From: Chrysemys picta bellii
Taxonomy: Eukaryota
Assembly (NCBI RefSeq): GCF_011386835.1
Contig: NC_088793.1
Coordinates: 53,692,001 to 53,756,000, forward strand
Reading direction: 5' to 3'
Length of the DNA stretch: 64,000 nt
The position numbers were made by a program, and so were the translations under genes. Shown one piece after another: positions 1 through 12,879 of this stretch. Numbering within the stretch: position 1 is the first letter of the stretch; the number at the start of each line of letters is the position of its first letter. The notes under the pieces were generated by a model. It ran no database searches. It had not been told where the DNA came from and saw only the letters and a program-made list of their open reading frames with translations.

Positions 1-101
1 GAAGTTTTTTTTTTTTGTTGAAGAATGGCTATTTTTACATGTGTCATTGAGTGTCCAGGAAGATTGAAATGTTCTCCTACTGGATTTTGTATGTTCTTCG
101 T

Positions 102-164
102 GTGCCACCGGACTCCTCATTGCTTTTGTGGATACAGACTAACACGGCTACCCCTCTGATACTT
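102..164 (+). mobile_element. Penelope-like element 3' tail remnant
   Basis: gtgccaccggactcct...gatacagactaacacggctacccctctgatactt, the same tail as copies at 63131-63198 and (reverse) 8983, 30332, 54057. Confidence 0.75.
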
Positions 165-3100
165 GATACATCAGGGAGGGAATATCTTGGCTCCCTCAGA
201 AAAGCTTCAGGAGCTATCAGGGTTGCTCCAGAGAGCAGTGAGGGCTAAAAAAACTCAGGCTGCAGGAGCTGCAATCTATTCTGGGGGACAAGCAGAGGCA
301 GCAGCTGCAGCACAGGGCAGTCGCAGTGGAGCCCAAGGACTGGGAGGGGACCCAAGGGAGACAGTATTGCAGCAGGGACATGGGGAGCTCACAAGTACGG
401 GAGCTGCTAATGCCCAGGGTGATGTGTTTAATAACACAAGGCATAACCCAGGGCAGCCTCATGGACCGATGGAGGGAAATGACCCAGGGGAAGCGTCCAC
501 TGGGCAGGCTATTTGGATTAATGCGGTAGTCAGCAAAGCTGTGTGGCAAATAGTCAGAAAATTTGTTTCTGAGGTTTTCTACACAGTATTACAGCGCTTC
601 CAAAGGGCACAAAATCACCTAGAACCAGAATGTTCTCTTCCACTGAACACAAGGGATGGAAGTAATGCTGATCCCAGGGGTGAGTGTCATCTGAACCACA
701 CAGAGGTTGGGGATATGGGTGGCAGAAGTGGTATCTGGCCTTCCAGCCTTGCATGGAGTGGCAGTTGCAAGGGCCACAGCAAGGTGCAGGGATGGTGCTC
801 AACCAGTCACTCAGTGAGTTCACCTGAGAGGGACAGGAGTGAGCCTATTGGGGTATTAAATACTCTGGGCTCAGGAGTGGGAGGTCCAGACCCACCTAGG
901 AATGGCACCTTCAGTGGGGGCACTGATGGTATTTCACAGCTGCTGCAAGCTAATTTGCAATTACTGCAGCAGCTTCAGGCAGCTAGGTGTGGGGGGTCTG
1001 CACAGGGTGACAGGGTAGGCCCAGCATGGCTCAAGTTTGGGCACCAGGATAGGGGCAGGCCCCCAGAAAGGGTAGTGAAGCCTATGTTGGTCCCTGGGCA
1101 CATGGGGCCTCATCGGCCATCAGGGCATGTAACCTCATGGGACAGAGGAGAGACTCTTGGGGGGTCTCTGGGGAAGCAGGGCTCTGCGGAACTCCCTCCA
1201 TGCAGTCGTGAGTATGGTTATGCCGGGGTGGCTGGGCCAATGGGAGTTCATCTACTCAGATAAAATCCTGAGAGGTGAATACGTGGATATATTATCCCTA
1301 TTGCACAGGAAGGTGACAGACAGTAAACATGGGCAAGGCAAGCAAAACAACGAGCTTCCGAAGAGGCCAAGGGTGCCTAGAACATGGGAAAATTGGGAGG
1401 CTGCCTTCCTCATCTATGTGGATGTTATAGTACAGGCCTACCCAGAGAGGAGCCCTGCCTTGGTTAAGTATATGGATATAATTAGGCGGGCACATAATAT
1501 GTTTGGGAGCATGTCCTGGAATTAATTATGATGAACAGTTTTGATTAAGGGCAGCAACGCAAACTGGGATAAGGTGGGATATACGTCATCACACACTGTG
1601 GTTGCAGTGGATGACACCAAGGGCACCAGGGGTTTGTTCATACCACAACAAGCTCGGGAGGGGCCAGGGCACGTAATAGTATTTGCTGGGCATTTAATGA
1701 TGGTGGTTGTTTTCGCTATGACTGTAGATACAGGCATGTTTGTGAGACATGTTTTGGGACCCATTCAGCCCGTTCTTGCCAGAGCGGAAACGGAAGATCT
1801 CATGGAGGAAACAGGAATTGGGGCGCAAGCCTCAACCGCAGGTTTGGTGCAGGTGGAACAGGGTCTGGGACAACAGAGCAGAAGCTGAGGAGAGGTACAA
1901 GGGTGGGGGGAAGTGTGCAATCGGCACGGGCCCCAACGCCAGTTAGGCCCAATGTGTTAAGGGTTCTCCTATGGGATTATCCTTACAGGGCAGATGGGGC
2001 ATATTTGTGGCAGGGGTTTACAGAAGGATTTCAGATCCCTTTTCTGGGAAATAGAATTCATTTGATGTCAAAAATTTTAAAGTCAGTAGCTGGGATGGGA
2101 CATATTATTCAAAAAAAAGATTGCCCAATTATTAAAGGAGGGCAGGATAGCTGTGCCATTTAATCTATTGCCTGTAGCACATTTGAGAGTTTCCCCCAAG
2201 AAGACCCCAGGGACATATCGATTAATTCATCACCTGTCATACCCGCAAGGTGGCTCTGTTAATGATGGAATAGACCCGGCTCTATGTTCTGTGCACTATT
2301 CCTCCATTGATGAAGCGTATCGTTAGGGCATGTGGCCCCGGGGCGCTAATGGCTAAATGTGATATCAAGTCTGCTTTCCGACTCCTGCCGGTGCACCTGT
2401 TGGGTTTCTGTTTGGAGGGGCAATTTTATTTCGACAAGGCTATGCCCATGGGCTGTTCAGTATCCTGTGCAGCTTTTGAGAAATTCAGTACAATTTGGGC
2501 AGTGGTGTGGTCAGCAGGACTAAACCAAGTAGTACGTTATTTGGATGAGTTTTTGTTGGCAGGGCAAGCCAGGTCAAATGAGTGTGTTCACCTATTGCAC
2601 ATATATCATTCCCTGGCTAAAGAGTCGGGGGTACCCCTAGCGGAGGAGAAAACAGAAGGCCCTTCCACTACATTGACCTACCTGGCCATTGAGCTGGACA
2701 CCAGGGAGGGCATATCTCGGCTCCCTCAGATAAGCTTCAGGAGCTATCAGGGTTGCTCCAGAAAGCAGTGAGGGCTAAAAAACTCAGGCTGCAGGAACTG
2801 CAATCTACTCTGGAGGACCTAAACTTTGCTTTCAGGGTTGTGGCCCTGGGGTGGGCAACAGCCGGCATAGCCAGGCCACACCATTACATGAGTCAGTAGA
2901 GAGAGGAAGGAAGACTTGGGCGTGTGGGAAAGTTTTCTGAGTCGATTTAATGGGGTATCATTGTGGAGGGAGGAATGGTTATTACAAAGTGGGTTAAAAA
3001 TCCACTTGGATATGGCAAGGGGCGCAGGTTTTGGGGTGTTTTATCAAGGCAGATGGTGTGCACAAAAATGGCCCACCACCTGGACACAAAATGGGGTCAT

Positions 3101-3240
3101 GCGTGACATGACCTTCTTGGAATTTTTCTCCATTTTAGTTGTGGTGGTGATTTGGGGGTCGGAGCTGGCTAATAAAAGGGTGTGCTTCTGGGGCAACAAC
3201 ATGGCAGTGGTACAGGTTATCAATCGCCAAACCAAAAATT
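165..3240 (+). mobile_element. Degenerate, rearranged Ngaro/DIRS-type (tyrosine-recombinase class) retrotransposon: gag-like, RT, RNase H; 3'-truncated
   Basis: Gag-like motif WENWEAAFLIYVDVIVQAYPERSPALVKYMDIIRRA..W (1157-1525), RT motifs KCDIKSAFRLLPVH / DKAMPMGCSVSC / RYLDEFL (2307-2771), RNase H-like GFGVFYQGRW..W..TFLEFFSILVVVVIWG..LANK..F.GNNMAVVQVIN (2916-3240). Frameshifted; no recombinase ORF visible. Confidence 0.85.
1925..3240 (+). pseudogene. RT-RNase H (pol) pseudogene of the Ngaro/DIRS-type element
   Basis: Pieces in ORFs 1903-2163, 2307-2771 and 2916-3266 plus the intervening frame (RVSPKKTPGTYRLIHHLSYP). Catalytic YLDD reads YLDE; several frameshifts. Confidence 0.85.
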
Positions 3241-6200
3241 GCCATAAAGTGAAAATGACCAGTTAATTTGCCCTACAAGGCAAGTGACAATATTCTCTTC
3301 TGGACTCATCGGAGACATAATAGGTAGAGACCAGGATTCTGTTAGTTTTTTTCTTCAAGAAATGAAACAAATGTTTACCTTTTTGCTGTTTTGTACCTCT
3401 GATCCCAGACAATGAAAGAAATATGCATCCTCAAATTAAGAAATGGTCTTGGATTATAAACTCAATTTATCATGACAATGTATAGAAATATATAGAAAAG
3501 AGCTTTTTTCCAGAAAGTTATGGTGCTTGCTGGCGGGGTCTAAAATTATGCTTATAATGAAAACTGACAGTTTTAACTGTTGAGCTACTACCTTTATACA
3601 GAGATCTTCATCCTAAAGTGTGTCTCAAACTGCAATCCTGATGTTTTAAAATTCCACCTGTTATTCAAAGGATATCTGTCCCCACCAAGATGGATTACTG
3701 AGTCCCTATGAATGATAGTCAGGGCAGGTAGAATGTTAAGACTCCATGCCTGTAGAAGTATTGTACAATAGCACTGAAATACCAACGTTCTCTGGAGTAG
3801 AAATGCCCAAGCTAAAAATCCCACAAAATTTGGAAGTGAAAATTGTTAAATTTTTATATCCACAACAGTCCTTGTAGCAGCCCAATGTACTATATACGGA
3901 GAATACCATGTTTGAAAATATTTAGACTTGTGGGTTTATAATTAGATCATACTTTAAACAATAAAATGTAGTTCTACTTTGAAAAGTGGCTCCTAAAATT
4001 AAAAAAAAAACCACAACACCTGTTAACTGTGTCTCATTGAAACCAGATCAAATCTGTTTTGTTTACATTGCAAGTATAGCTTTTTTCTAAATGTCAGACC
4101 TGCAAAGTCAACCTGGAATCTAAAAGCCAAGCCATGCTACTACTGGTTCATACGTCACCAGTAATAAACATTCTGCCCAGAGAAGAATTATTTGTGTGGG
4201 GGACAAGTCTGAGATGAATCAGAAAAGCCATTTTTTAAAAAAATTGTGGGTTTTAGTTTTTGAAAACAGTTCTTACTCCCCACTCATAACTCAAAAATGA
4301 CTGTCAGTAAAAACTTCACACCTATCTTACATGCTGATCTGCACTAAGAACTATCAGGCAGAGTTCTTTTTCACAACATAGAGTGCAAAAAAATTTAGCT
4401 ACTAGAGAATGAGAAATTGATTTTCCTTTACCCCAAACTAAATGTACACTCATTTTAAGGCCCCTTTGTACAGCCAGAATGGTGAAAAGGCCTGAGTGTA
4501 AAAAAGAATCGAGACCTAGGTCTTTTTTTGTTGGAACTGTAATTTCCATGAATGTTCCACAATTTCTGCTCTACTTTATTGCCTATTTGAAGCAACTTAA
4601 GGTTTTTTTTATTCCACAACCTATTCTTCAAAATTGAAACTGATCATATGACTTGTAAATATATTTGGGTGATATGGCAAAATGTATTTTTGTGAACATC
4701 TGAGCAAAATCTTTCACAAACTCATTTCACAGGATTTTACACACTCAGATTTCAATGTTGCTCAAAAATACAGTAAGGTATGGTTCAAAGAAAGTGGACT
4801 TTGTATCATAGAGCCGAAATTCCCAGGATACAGGGATCTATTCCTGATCCATCATGACATTCTTCCTCATAGAGGAGGAAAGATGAATCTGTCTTATAAC
4901 ATCGTGCAGCTAATCGTCCAACTGTGATATTGGTATGCAAATATTTAATAAGGCACCTGAGTGATTTGTTTTACTGGTGCTGTGGATTCCCAACTTTCAG
5001 GTGGAAGGTAGGCAGGCACAATTATAAGTGCAAAGATGTCGCTGGTTTTGGAAGTTTAACTACACATTTATTTAGTTTTATAGCGTTATTATTTTAAATG
5101 TATAAAAAAGGAAATTTGCTCAGACTAAAATGTTTACTGCACATTTTATATTAAAAATACTGAAAATACTGAAACTCTTCTAATTTGTTGTGTTTAATAC
5201 TAAGCCGCAAGTAAAGCGGTGCAGTGGTTGTGAGGCAATAGCAAATCATGGTCATATTGAAAAGGAATTCTCTCTCTCAACAGGAAATGAAGTTTTATAT
5301 ACATACTTTTATCCATGCCTACAAAAAGAAGTAATGGCTTTAAATGTTTAAGAAATGATTTAATTTAATTCCTTAATGGAAATTGTAATATCACTTACAA
5401 TATTACTAACACTACACTAAAAACCATTCATAGTTTTTAAAGTAATTTTCGCTAGGCAAATGATATTAATTTACCAATGGCTGCACTAAGGAGACAAGCA
5501 AAAAACAAATATATTTCTTTTTTTTTTATTTCTGTTTTTTCACTTTAGAGAAAAACAGTAGTTTATCACATTATGACCAAATTAAATGCCTCATACAATA
5601 TATATACAGTCCACATAAATTTATGACTGTCTCTGTAATATTTGTATGAATAAATTAGATATGTCTTAAGGCTTTTAAGGAAATATTACAGTAAAATATT
5701 TTAGTAGCTCCCATCAGCATCCTTGGCACATCATCACTTCCCATCCTAAGTAGACCTAATGATTATTGCATCATTATAGTGTTATGCAATGTACAGTAAA
5801 TTTGCACTCAGTATAGCACTTTAAATCATAAAAATGTTAAAATTTACCAGATGCGGAACAATTTAATTTTAAACCTTTAAGGCAGTAAGTATTTCTGTGT
5901 TATATTTCATATTCATAGGTGAATGTGGTATCCATGGACTTCAAGGTAAAATAAATGTTGATAGCTACTTTGTAAACGCATTGCCTGCTTTGCACAGTAT
6001 ATTTTTGCGGTAAGTATATTTCAGTAAAATAATTGATTACGTCAAATCTTTTTAAGCACAGGTTATCAAGTCTGGGCAGCTGTTTGAAATGACTAGGACA
6101 CAAAAATTGTTTTTCAAATAAATATCATTATGAAAAATACAAAATAATTTTATTTCCTCCACTAAAAATATCTTAAATTGAAAATTAAGGGCCCACGTCT

Positions 6201-7589
6201 GCAGCCCTTAGTTATGTGAGTAAATTTTATTCCTACAAATAGTTCTATTGAATGGAATACTCATATGAGTAAACAGTTTCAAGATCAAGATCTCATCACA
6301 ACTTTCTTTAGAAATGGGTTGTAATTTTTAAAACAGAGTTAGTAATGGTATTGTAAATAGTCAAGTAAATATACATTTGTCCTGTATTACAGAAAGAAAA
6401 ATAATCAGTATCTTAACTTAAAAAAAAGAGAGAGAGAGAAGAAATTACGTCCTAATTTACACCCATTCAATTGACTGCTGACCCTTTAAAGTCGGATCAG
6501 TATATCTTGCAGGTATGTACACGGTCTTGAAGGTTTCTTTATATGGTCTAACTCAACTTGTAGCACTCTAGCCTCTGGACGAAATGATCCTGAATACAAT
6601 TGCTACACATGGAGTCAGTCTGACGGATAATACTGGCACTGGGGTTCAGGGGCAACAGTAGTATGATCATTTGGATACCATGCTGAACTAAAGCTTCTTC
6701 CACACATTGATTGTCCAAACATTCCATTGCACTGTTTGAATAAGTATTGGGGATTACTCTCTTCCCCTTGGAAGCATGTCCTCACATAATAAAAATTGAT
6801 TCTACTACCCTCTACTGTGGTGAGAGTGATTTCTGGGTTCATAATGGATGCTACATTTGCCTAAACAGTCACTGCATTACTATTATATAACTCATTACTT
6901 CATAAAATATTTTGAGATACTCTGAATGTGAACAAAATTTAATTCAATCCTGTGTATGCTGGTACTTAGTACTTACAATGAGAATTGCTATGGGTTTTTT
7001 TTTATATAAATGTATAACATTTTCAACTATCATTAGTGGATTGTAGTTTTATTTTATTTTAATTTATTTCATTTTATTTTATTTTATTTTCATAAAGTAC
7101 TGGGGTAAACATATTGCTTTATCTTACCTCTGTATTTTCATTACATGGTAACAAACATGTATAATTAAGTTCATGAGGTCTGTCCACACATAGTTTCCCT
7201 GAGGTGCAGCTTATGTTGTAGAATAAGCAGGCATCGATATCCAGCTCACATTTTTCACCTTCAAATCCTATACCATTCAAAGAGAAAATTTTTAATCACA
7301 GTTCGTTCACATATATTGACATTGGGGCTAGCCATGATGCTAATAGTTAACATAACTCTAAGAGTAATTGGATCATTTTATGTCTTGAAAAGGACACTTC
7401 AAACAAAGAATGAAAGGAGAGTCTTTGCAAAAGTAATGCATTGTATAACGATGTATTAAGTCAAGTTTTATGGCCACTTTTACACAAGGAAATGATTGAA
7501 AAAGAATTTAAATAGGTGAATTAAATTAAATTCTCTCTTATTTAATATTGGTGTTATTCAAGAAGTACAATTTATCTGGAATGACTTAC

Positions 7590-7694
7590 CCATGAGGCAG
7601 GTACACTTAAAATGGCCTTTGGAATCAATGCATGTTCCTCCGTGTTTACATGGATTGGAACCACACTTATCAATTTCAATCTCGCAGAATGCTC
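7590..7694 (-). CDS. EYS: EYS coding exon, 105 nt, symmetric phase 1-1, calcium-binding-type EGF module
   Basis: Acceptor tttttggatttttacccag|GA, donor ATGG|gtaagt. Translates (G)AFCEIEIDKCGSNPCKHGGTCIDSKGHFKCTCLM(G) and supplies C6 of the EGF left open by exon 33445-33604 (CLHGFTG-AFC). Confidence 0.92.
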
Positions 7695-8267
7695 CTGGGT
7701 AAAAATCCAAAAAGATTGTTTATTTCCCCCCCAAAAAAATGTTAGGAATGACAATCAGATTCCTAATAAATAAAATATCGAACTGGGACAAATAGTTTAC
7801 AGAATAAAATATTTAAGGTTTTAAACAACAGTCAAAAAACCCAGTGGAATATTGACTAAAACCTAAAGACTTAATCTTGTAAGGATCCAAGAGCCCTCAC
7901 CTCCTATTGACTGGAAAAGTGCTCAGTGCCTTACAGAATAAGTCTCTTAAAGGCTCTGATCCCGCAGCTTGATCCAGTATAATAGACCTCGGGCACACTA
8001 ATCTAGTTGCAGGATTGAGGCTTAAGTGCAGGAACTTCCAAAGGAAAAAGTTATCAGAAAAAGGAGACAATACCTTTTGAGTGCCTTTTTCTACCCTTTT
8101 TTTTTTCCCCCTGACAAGGATCGACAAGGATCTTGAGCATGGGTCAGCCCAGATCTCTATTCCGGATTTTCTTTTTTGTGACCCCATATTTTTTCTGTAT
8201 CCCATCTTGTTGTAGGATCCTTTTGGCGAGGGAAAAAATGGCCTGTCATACTGATCTGTTGTCTTTT

Positions 8268-8405
8268 GTCTTATACTTAGATTGTAAGCTCTTTGTGGGC
8301 AGGACCATTTTTGTTCTGTGTTTGTACAGCAACTAGCACAATGGGATCCTGGTACATGACTGGCTGTCCTAAGCACTATGGTCATACAAACAATAAATAA
8401 TAACA
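8268..8405 (+). mobile_element. L2-type 3' tail (L2 LINE end or L2-tailed SINE)
   Basis: ttagattgtaagctc...tttgtacagc..tagcacaatggg...aataaataataacaat resembles the amniote L2/MIR tail. Confidence 0.6.
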
Positions 8406-8982
8406 ATGCTCTCCAGTCTCTCTGAAGCAGCTATTAGTATCATTCCATTAGCTAATTAAGGCTTTATCAGCACTAAGAAGTAACAGCATTAGCAGCTGAC
8501 ACTTGGTAAAACCACCTAGAGAAGAGAGGAGCACCCAAATCATGGCATGCCAGGGTTCAACTAATAACAGGACTGTCAGCTCTACCAGTCAGGAAAAAGC
8601 CAAAAAAATTGTCACAATGTAAACACAGAAATTGTAAATGGGGTTTCAAAATGTATTTTCCATATGTTATTTACCAGAGGTAAAATGAAGAGAAAACTTC
8701 ATAAAAACTAGGGGGAAAAATCCATCTGATGATTATCACTGCAAAATATGCAACATTCGAGTCTGGAAACTCTAGTACTTCTCTCAGGTTTGCACCACTC
8801 TTTCCCCCTTTTAAAATTGTGCTGCAATTTTGCATCATCAGAAGCAGAGCAGACAATGAAAATACAAAATCTTTTCACTGGAAAAGCTGCCTTAATTATA
8901 TGGGAAAAAAAGCAACCTAAGAATTTTCTCCCAAACCCAGGCAAAAGTTTCAGTGGTTGAGAGGATATCAGTAACCAAAGGG

Positions 8983-9371
8983 TTCAGAGGGGTAGCCGAA
9001 TTAGTCTGTATCAGCAAAAAAATCGAGGAGTGCTTGTGGCACATAAGAGACTAACAAATGTATTTGGGCATAAACTTTTGTGGGCTTAAACCCACTTAAT
9101 CAGATGCATGGAGTGAAAAATACATATATATATATATATATATATAACTATACAGCATATGAAAAGATGGGAGTTGCCTTACCAAGTAGGGGGTCAGTGC
9201 TAAGGAGGCCAATTCAATCAGGGTGGATGTGGCCCATTCCCAACAGTTGAAAAAAAGGTGTGAGTATCAACAAAGGGAAAAAATACTTTTGTAGTAACCC
9301 AGCCACTGCCAGTCTTTATTCAGGACTAATTTGAAGGTGTCAAATTTGTAAATTAATTCCAGCTCAGCAGT
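8983..9371 (-). mobile_element. Penelope-like element 3' fragment: end of endonuclease ORF plus pLTR with a dead hammerhead motif
   Basis: Minus strand 9371-9290 reads TAELELIYKFDTFKLVLNKDWQWLGYY, like the C-terminus of Penelope GIY-YIG ORFs. Hammerhead-like segment 9068-9107 has CTGATTA and AAAA instead of CTGANGA and GAAA. (TA)n at about 9124-9146. Confidence 0.8.
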
Positions 9372-10037
9372 GAAACCTGCTTAAATATTCATATTTGTGT
9401 GGAAGTGAACATGCCCACTGGACCACAGAGAGCAATTTTTTTTATGTATGAGTAAAATAATATTTTTCTATCATCTTCCAAATATGGACAAGTATATTTT
9501 TGTACTTGGTATGGTAAAATTTTGTAGGAAATTTGCAAGGCTGATATAAAGGAATTGGAGGAAAACATAAATATCTGAATGACAGAGAGAATACAGGAGG
9601 GCTATGCTTGATTATATTGTGAGATGTTGATTTTATTTTATTTCCTTTAAGGCTTATTCTGTGAGGTAGGCGGTTACAAGGATATCTACAAAGGATAGAA
9701 CAATCTACTCAGAAATGAGAGCCAGTGACCCAAAATACATTTTAGGGTCAGGAATAAGTTTGGACAAATCCCAAATCTGAAATGGTATTTATAAAGTGAA
9801 ATTCATGTAACATTCATGACATTCAAAACTGAAATTAAAATAAAATGAACACAATTCATTTTATTTCACTCAAAAGCAAAGCAGTAAGAAGGGGTGAAGA
9901 AAGGGACTAAGAGGTAAAGCTCCGAAATTCAACATGCTGTGAAAAAGAAAAGAAAAAAAAATGTTCCATTTCAAACCCTGCAAAATGAGTATGTTGCTCT
10001 ATAGTGCTTGTCCTTTAGAGAACATAACTTAATAATT

Positions 10038-10711
10038 TGTAAAATTGGCGGGGGAGGGTGTGGTCATTAACTGAGGCTCCAGTTTTGATTTAGTTAAGTT
10101 ATGTTTTGGTTAAGTTAAATCATAGATAAGCTTTTGCTGTGTCCTGTATAATTGTCTCTCTGCTGTTTAAACTTGCAGCCTGTCTGCTCTCTGTGTGTGT
10201 GTCTCTCTCTCTCTCTCTCTTAATCCCTTCCCCCCACGTGCTCACTCCGCTCCTGCTGCTGCTAAACCTCAATTGTATTACTGAAGTCTAGCATAAAACT
10301 CCATTGGTTACCCCTTTTTCTCGCTAACACACCTCACATTTTACATTTACACCACCGTGACACATTTTGACCTAAAGTTGTTGGTTATTTAACACATTTT
10401 ACCCATACTGTTAGTTGGTTATATGCTGCTGTGACACACCCTTTACATAGAAATTGTTAGCTACCTGTTACATTTATACTTCAGTGTTAATTGGTTACCA
10501 ACTGTATTGTACCCCACTGTATTGTACCCCACTATTGAAACCCCCTATCCTATTTACTAAAAGAAACCCCTCCCCAATTGTCTACCTTAACAAACCCCAT
10601 ACCCCTCACTATTGAATTTTCCCTGTTTTTGCATTTTCTTAATAAAGTTTATTTTGCACCCCACCAGTGCAGTAGTAGTCCCCCAAGATCCCCTACCTGC
10701 TGGCAGGGTCA
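10038..10711 (+). mobile_element. ERV-like LTR remnant
   Basis: TG start, AATAAA near 10640, U5-like end ccccaagatcccctacctgctggcagggtCA. No clean TSD because a Penelope remnant abuts the right end; left boundary uncertain. Confidence 0.5.
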
Positions 10712-10940
10712 TAACCGTGTTAGTCTGGATCTGTAAAAAGCAACAGAGTCCTGTGGCACCTTTAAGACTAACAGATGTATTGGAGCATAAGCTTTCGTGG
10801 GTGAATGCCCACTTCCTCGGATGCCCCTGGAAATTTCCATTACATGCATCCAACGAAGTGGGCATTCACCCACGAAAGCTTATGCTCCAATACATCTGTT
10901 AGTCTTAAAGGAGCCATAGGATTCTCTGTTGCTTTTTACA
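10712..10940. mobile_element. Fold-back Penelope pLTR remnant with two inverted variant hammerhead motifs
   Basis: Arms about 10735-10824 and 10846-10938 are reverse complements. Hammerhead-like units at 10785-10824 (-, core CCGAGGA) and 10846-10885 (+, core CCAACGA), both with GAAAGCTTATGC. Confidence 0.85.
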
Positions 10941-11091
10941 TATACTTTGTAGTACTTTACTCAGTATGCTTTCAAATGACACAAGCAATGGGGTTTTGTT
11001 TAAACAAGATTAAAGTTAAGTGAGCTAGGACTAGTCAGAGATGATTGTAAAGTAAACAAAAATACAAACAACATGAAACAGTATATCCCTA

Positions 11092-11773
11092 TGTAGCAGG
11101 GTGGCTACCCTGCTCCTGCCTGAGGGGTTTAAAACAGCCCTGGCAGAGGGCTGGGGCAAAGGGAAAAGCTACTGGGCTGATTGGGGAAGTAGCCACAGCT
11201 GGGCCATGCCCCAATCAGGCCCCAGATGGCCTGTATAAGAAGGCTGGGAGCCAGGAGCTCAAGAGTCTCTCTCTGAGTGTAGAGAGAGAAGGGTCTGGCT
11301 ACAGGGAACTAGAGTGGAGCAGGGCTGGGGAAAGGCTGAGGAGCCGGGGAGCCCCAGCCTGGATAGCCCCAGGCTGCGGCCTGGTAATAGGCCAAGGGGT
11401 ACTGGGGGTTGCAGAGCGCAGCCCAGGGCTAGGCCAAGGCAGCAGGTCTGAACCCAACCTTGCCGATGATGAGTGGCCTATACTGCGGTCTGCCCCAGAC
11501 TGTGGGGGCTAGCTGGTGACTGGCAGTGGCCTTATTGTGAGGTGGGGTTAGTGGGTGGGGGTTCCCCTAGGAGGGGAGACCTAGCATATGTATGGGTATT
11601 GCCAGGGGGCAGCACCCAGAGCAAGAGGAACCGGGGTCCTGGGGAGGGACATGGGGGCCAGAGAAGAAGAAAGGTGGATCACCGCCCTACAGAGGGCGCT
11701 CCAGAGGCTGGTGAGCTAATTCCCTGGATGACGAGCAGGAGGTGCCGCAGGGGTGAGTCTGGACCCTCTTACA
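11092..11773 (+). mobile_element. Solo LTR (682 bp)
   Basis: TGTAG...TTACA termini, perfect 5-bp TSD CCCTA (11087-11091 / 11774-11778), TATA-like gtataagaagg. Homologous to 20550-21226. Confidence 0.85.
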
Positions 11774-12879
11774 CCCTATTATACCTAAGCCTATGGAGAA
11801 CTGAAACTTTCAAGATTCTGAGCATGCTCACATCCTATGGACTTAAATGGTAGACAAATTCATCAGCTGCTTTTGAGAATGGATCCTGTTTACCACCATG
11901 TTGAACATTTTCTGTGCTGTGCATATATACTCTTTGGAGGTAAAAATGTCAGACAACATATAGCTATTTGAACTGGGAAACCAAGCTAATGTGACCTAGA
12001 AGTTCTGCAAGTAAGATCACTTTTAGTGGAATCTTCTAATGGAAGGCTTTGCTGCTTTCATTTAAAATTAATCCCACGAAAAGAAAATTATGTTTAACTC
12101 TAGCTCCTGTTTTACCTTTGTAACTTCTCCTGTGGGTAGGCTCTTCTTATACATTTATTCCTAAAGGGGAATTTGGAAGTATTGTCTGTTCAGAGTACTT
12201 TATAAATAAATATCAGCCCTATCAACTTGTGTAAAGGAATCACTGTTTGGTAAAATTTTGACTATTTTAAGTGGCCAATTCCTTTAAACAAACTTTACAA
12301 CTTTTCATTGCCAGAATGAGGTCGACAAGCTAGTAACTCCAAACTGTTATAAAATTTATTAGGATCTGAATACTGCTGAGAAATGCATAATTTATGGTAT
12401 TAAGATCTGATTAAGTGTTAAATGGATGTCAGGAGAGATCTCCATAGTAATCTACTTAGTTTTAATGCCTAATTATCACTTCATAGTGGAGTGAAGGCTG
12501 AATAATTGAGAACTGTAACACTTAAAGAACTCAAACAGGATTTTTGAACGCAATTAAGCGAGATATTCCTCTATCAAAATAAGTTTAACAGATACAGAGA
12601 AGAAAGGAGAAATAACAAAGTTATAGAATTGGGGAGGAAAATCATTTAAACAGTTTTTTGCTTTATCAGTTATGCATTTAAATGGCCTGTGCCTAGTTAT
12701 CTGGTTTCCAGGTGAAACTGTTTAATAATAATCACTTATAAAGCCCTACCCCCAGGTACTGGATAAGGCAAAACAAGTCAAAATAAAATAAACATACAAG
12801 AAGCCACCTATTTACAATCCAAACAGATAAGGAAGCAGGGAAACCAAACAGTTTATTTAAAAATGAGGGAATGGAATGA

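Noticed and set aside
102-164. Recurrent gatacagactaacacggctacc motif as a CR1 or SINE tail
   Set aside because: In the longest copy (8983-9371) it is contiguous with a hammerhead motif and a Penelope-type ORF end, so it is better explained as Penelope pLTR.
163-1263. 366-aa ORF as a host gene
   Set aside because: It is a chimera of a duplicated RT fragment and retrotransposon gag-like sequence, with no host-gene features.
3300-7589. A further downstream EYS exon (for example ORFs 6615..6842, 4322..4549, 3594..3824)
   Set aside because: No frame shows the expected (G)xxGxxCE..C EGF spacing with a phase-1 acceptor; the next exon is probably left of the window.
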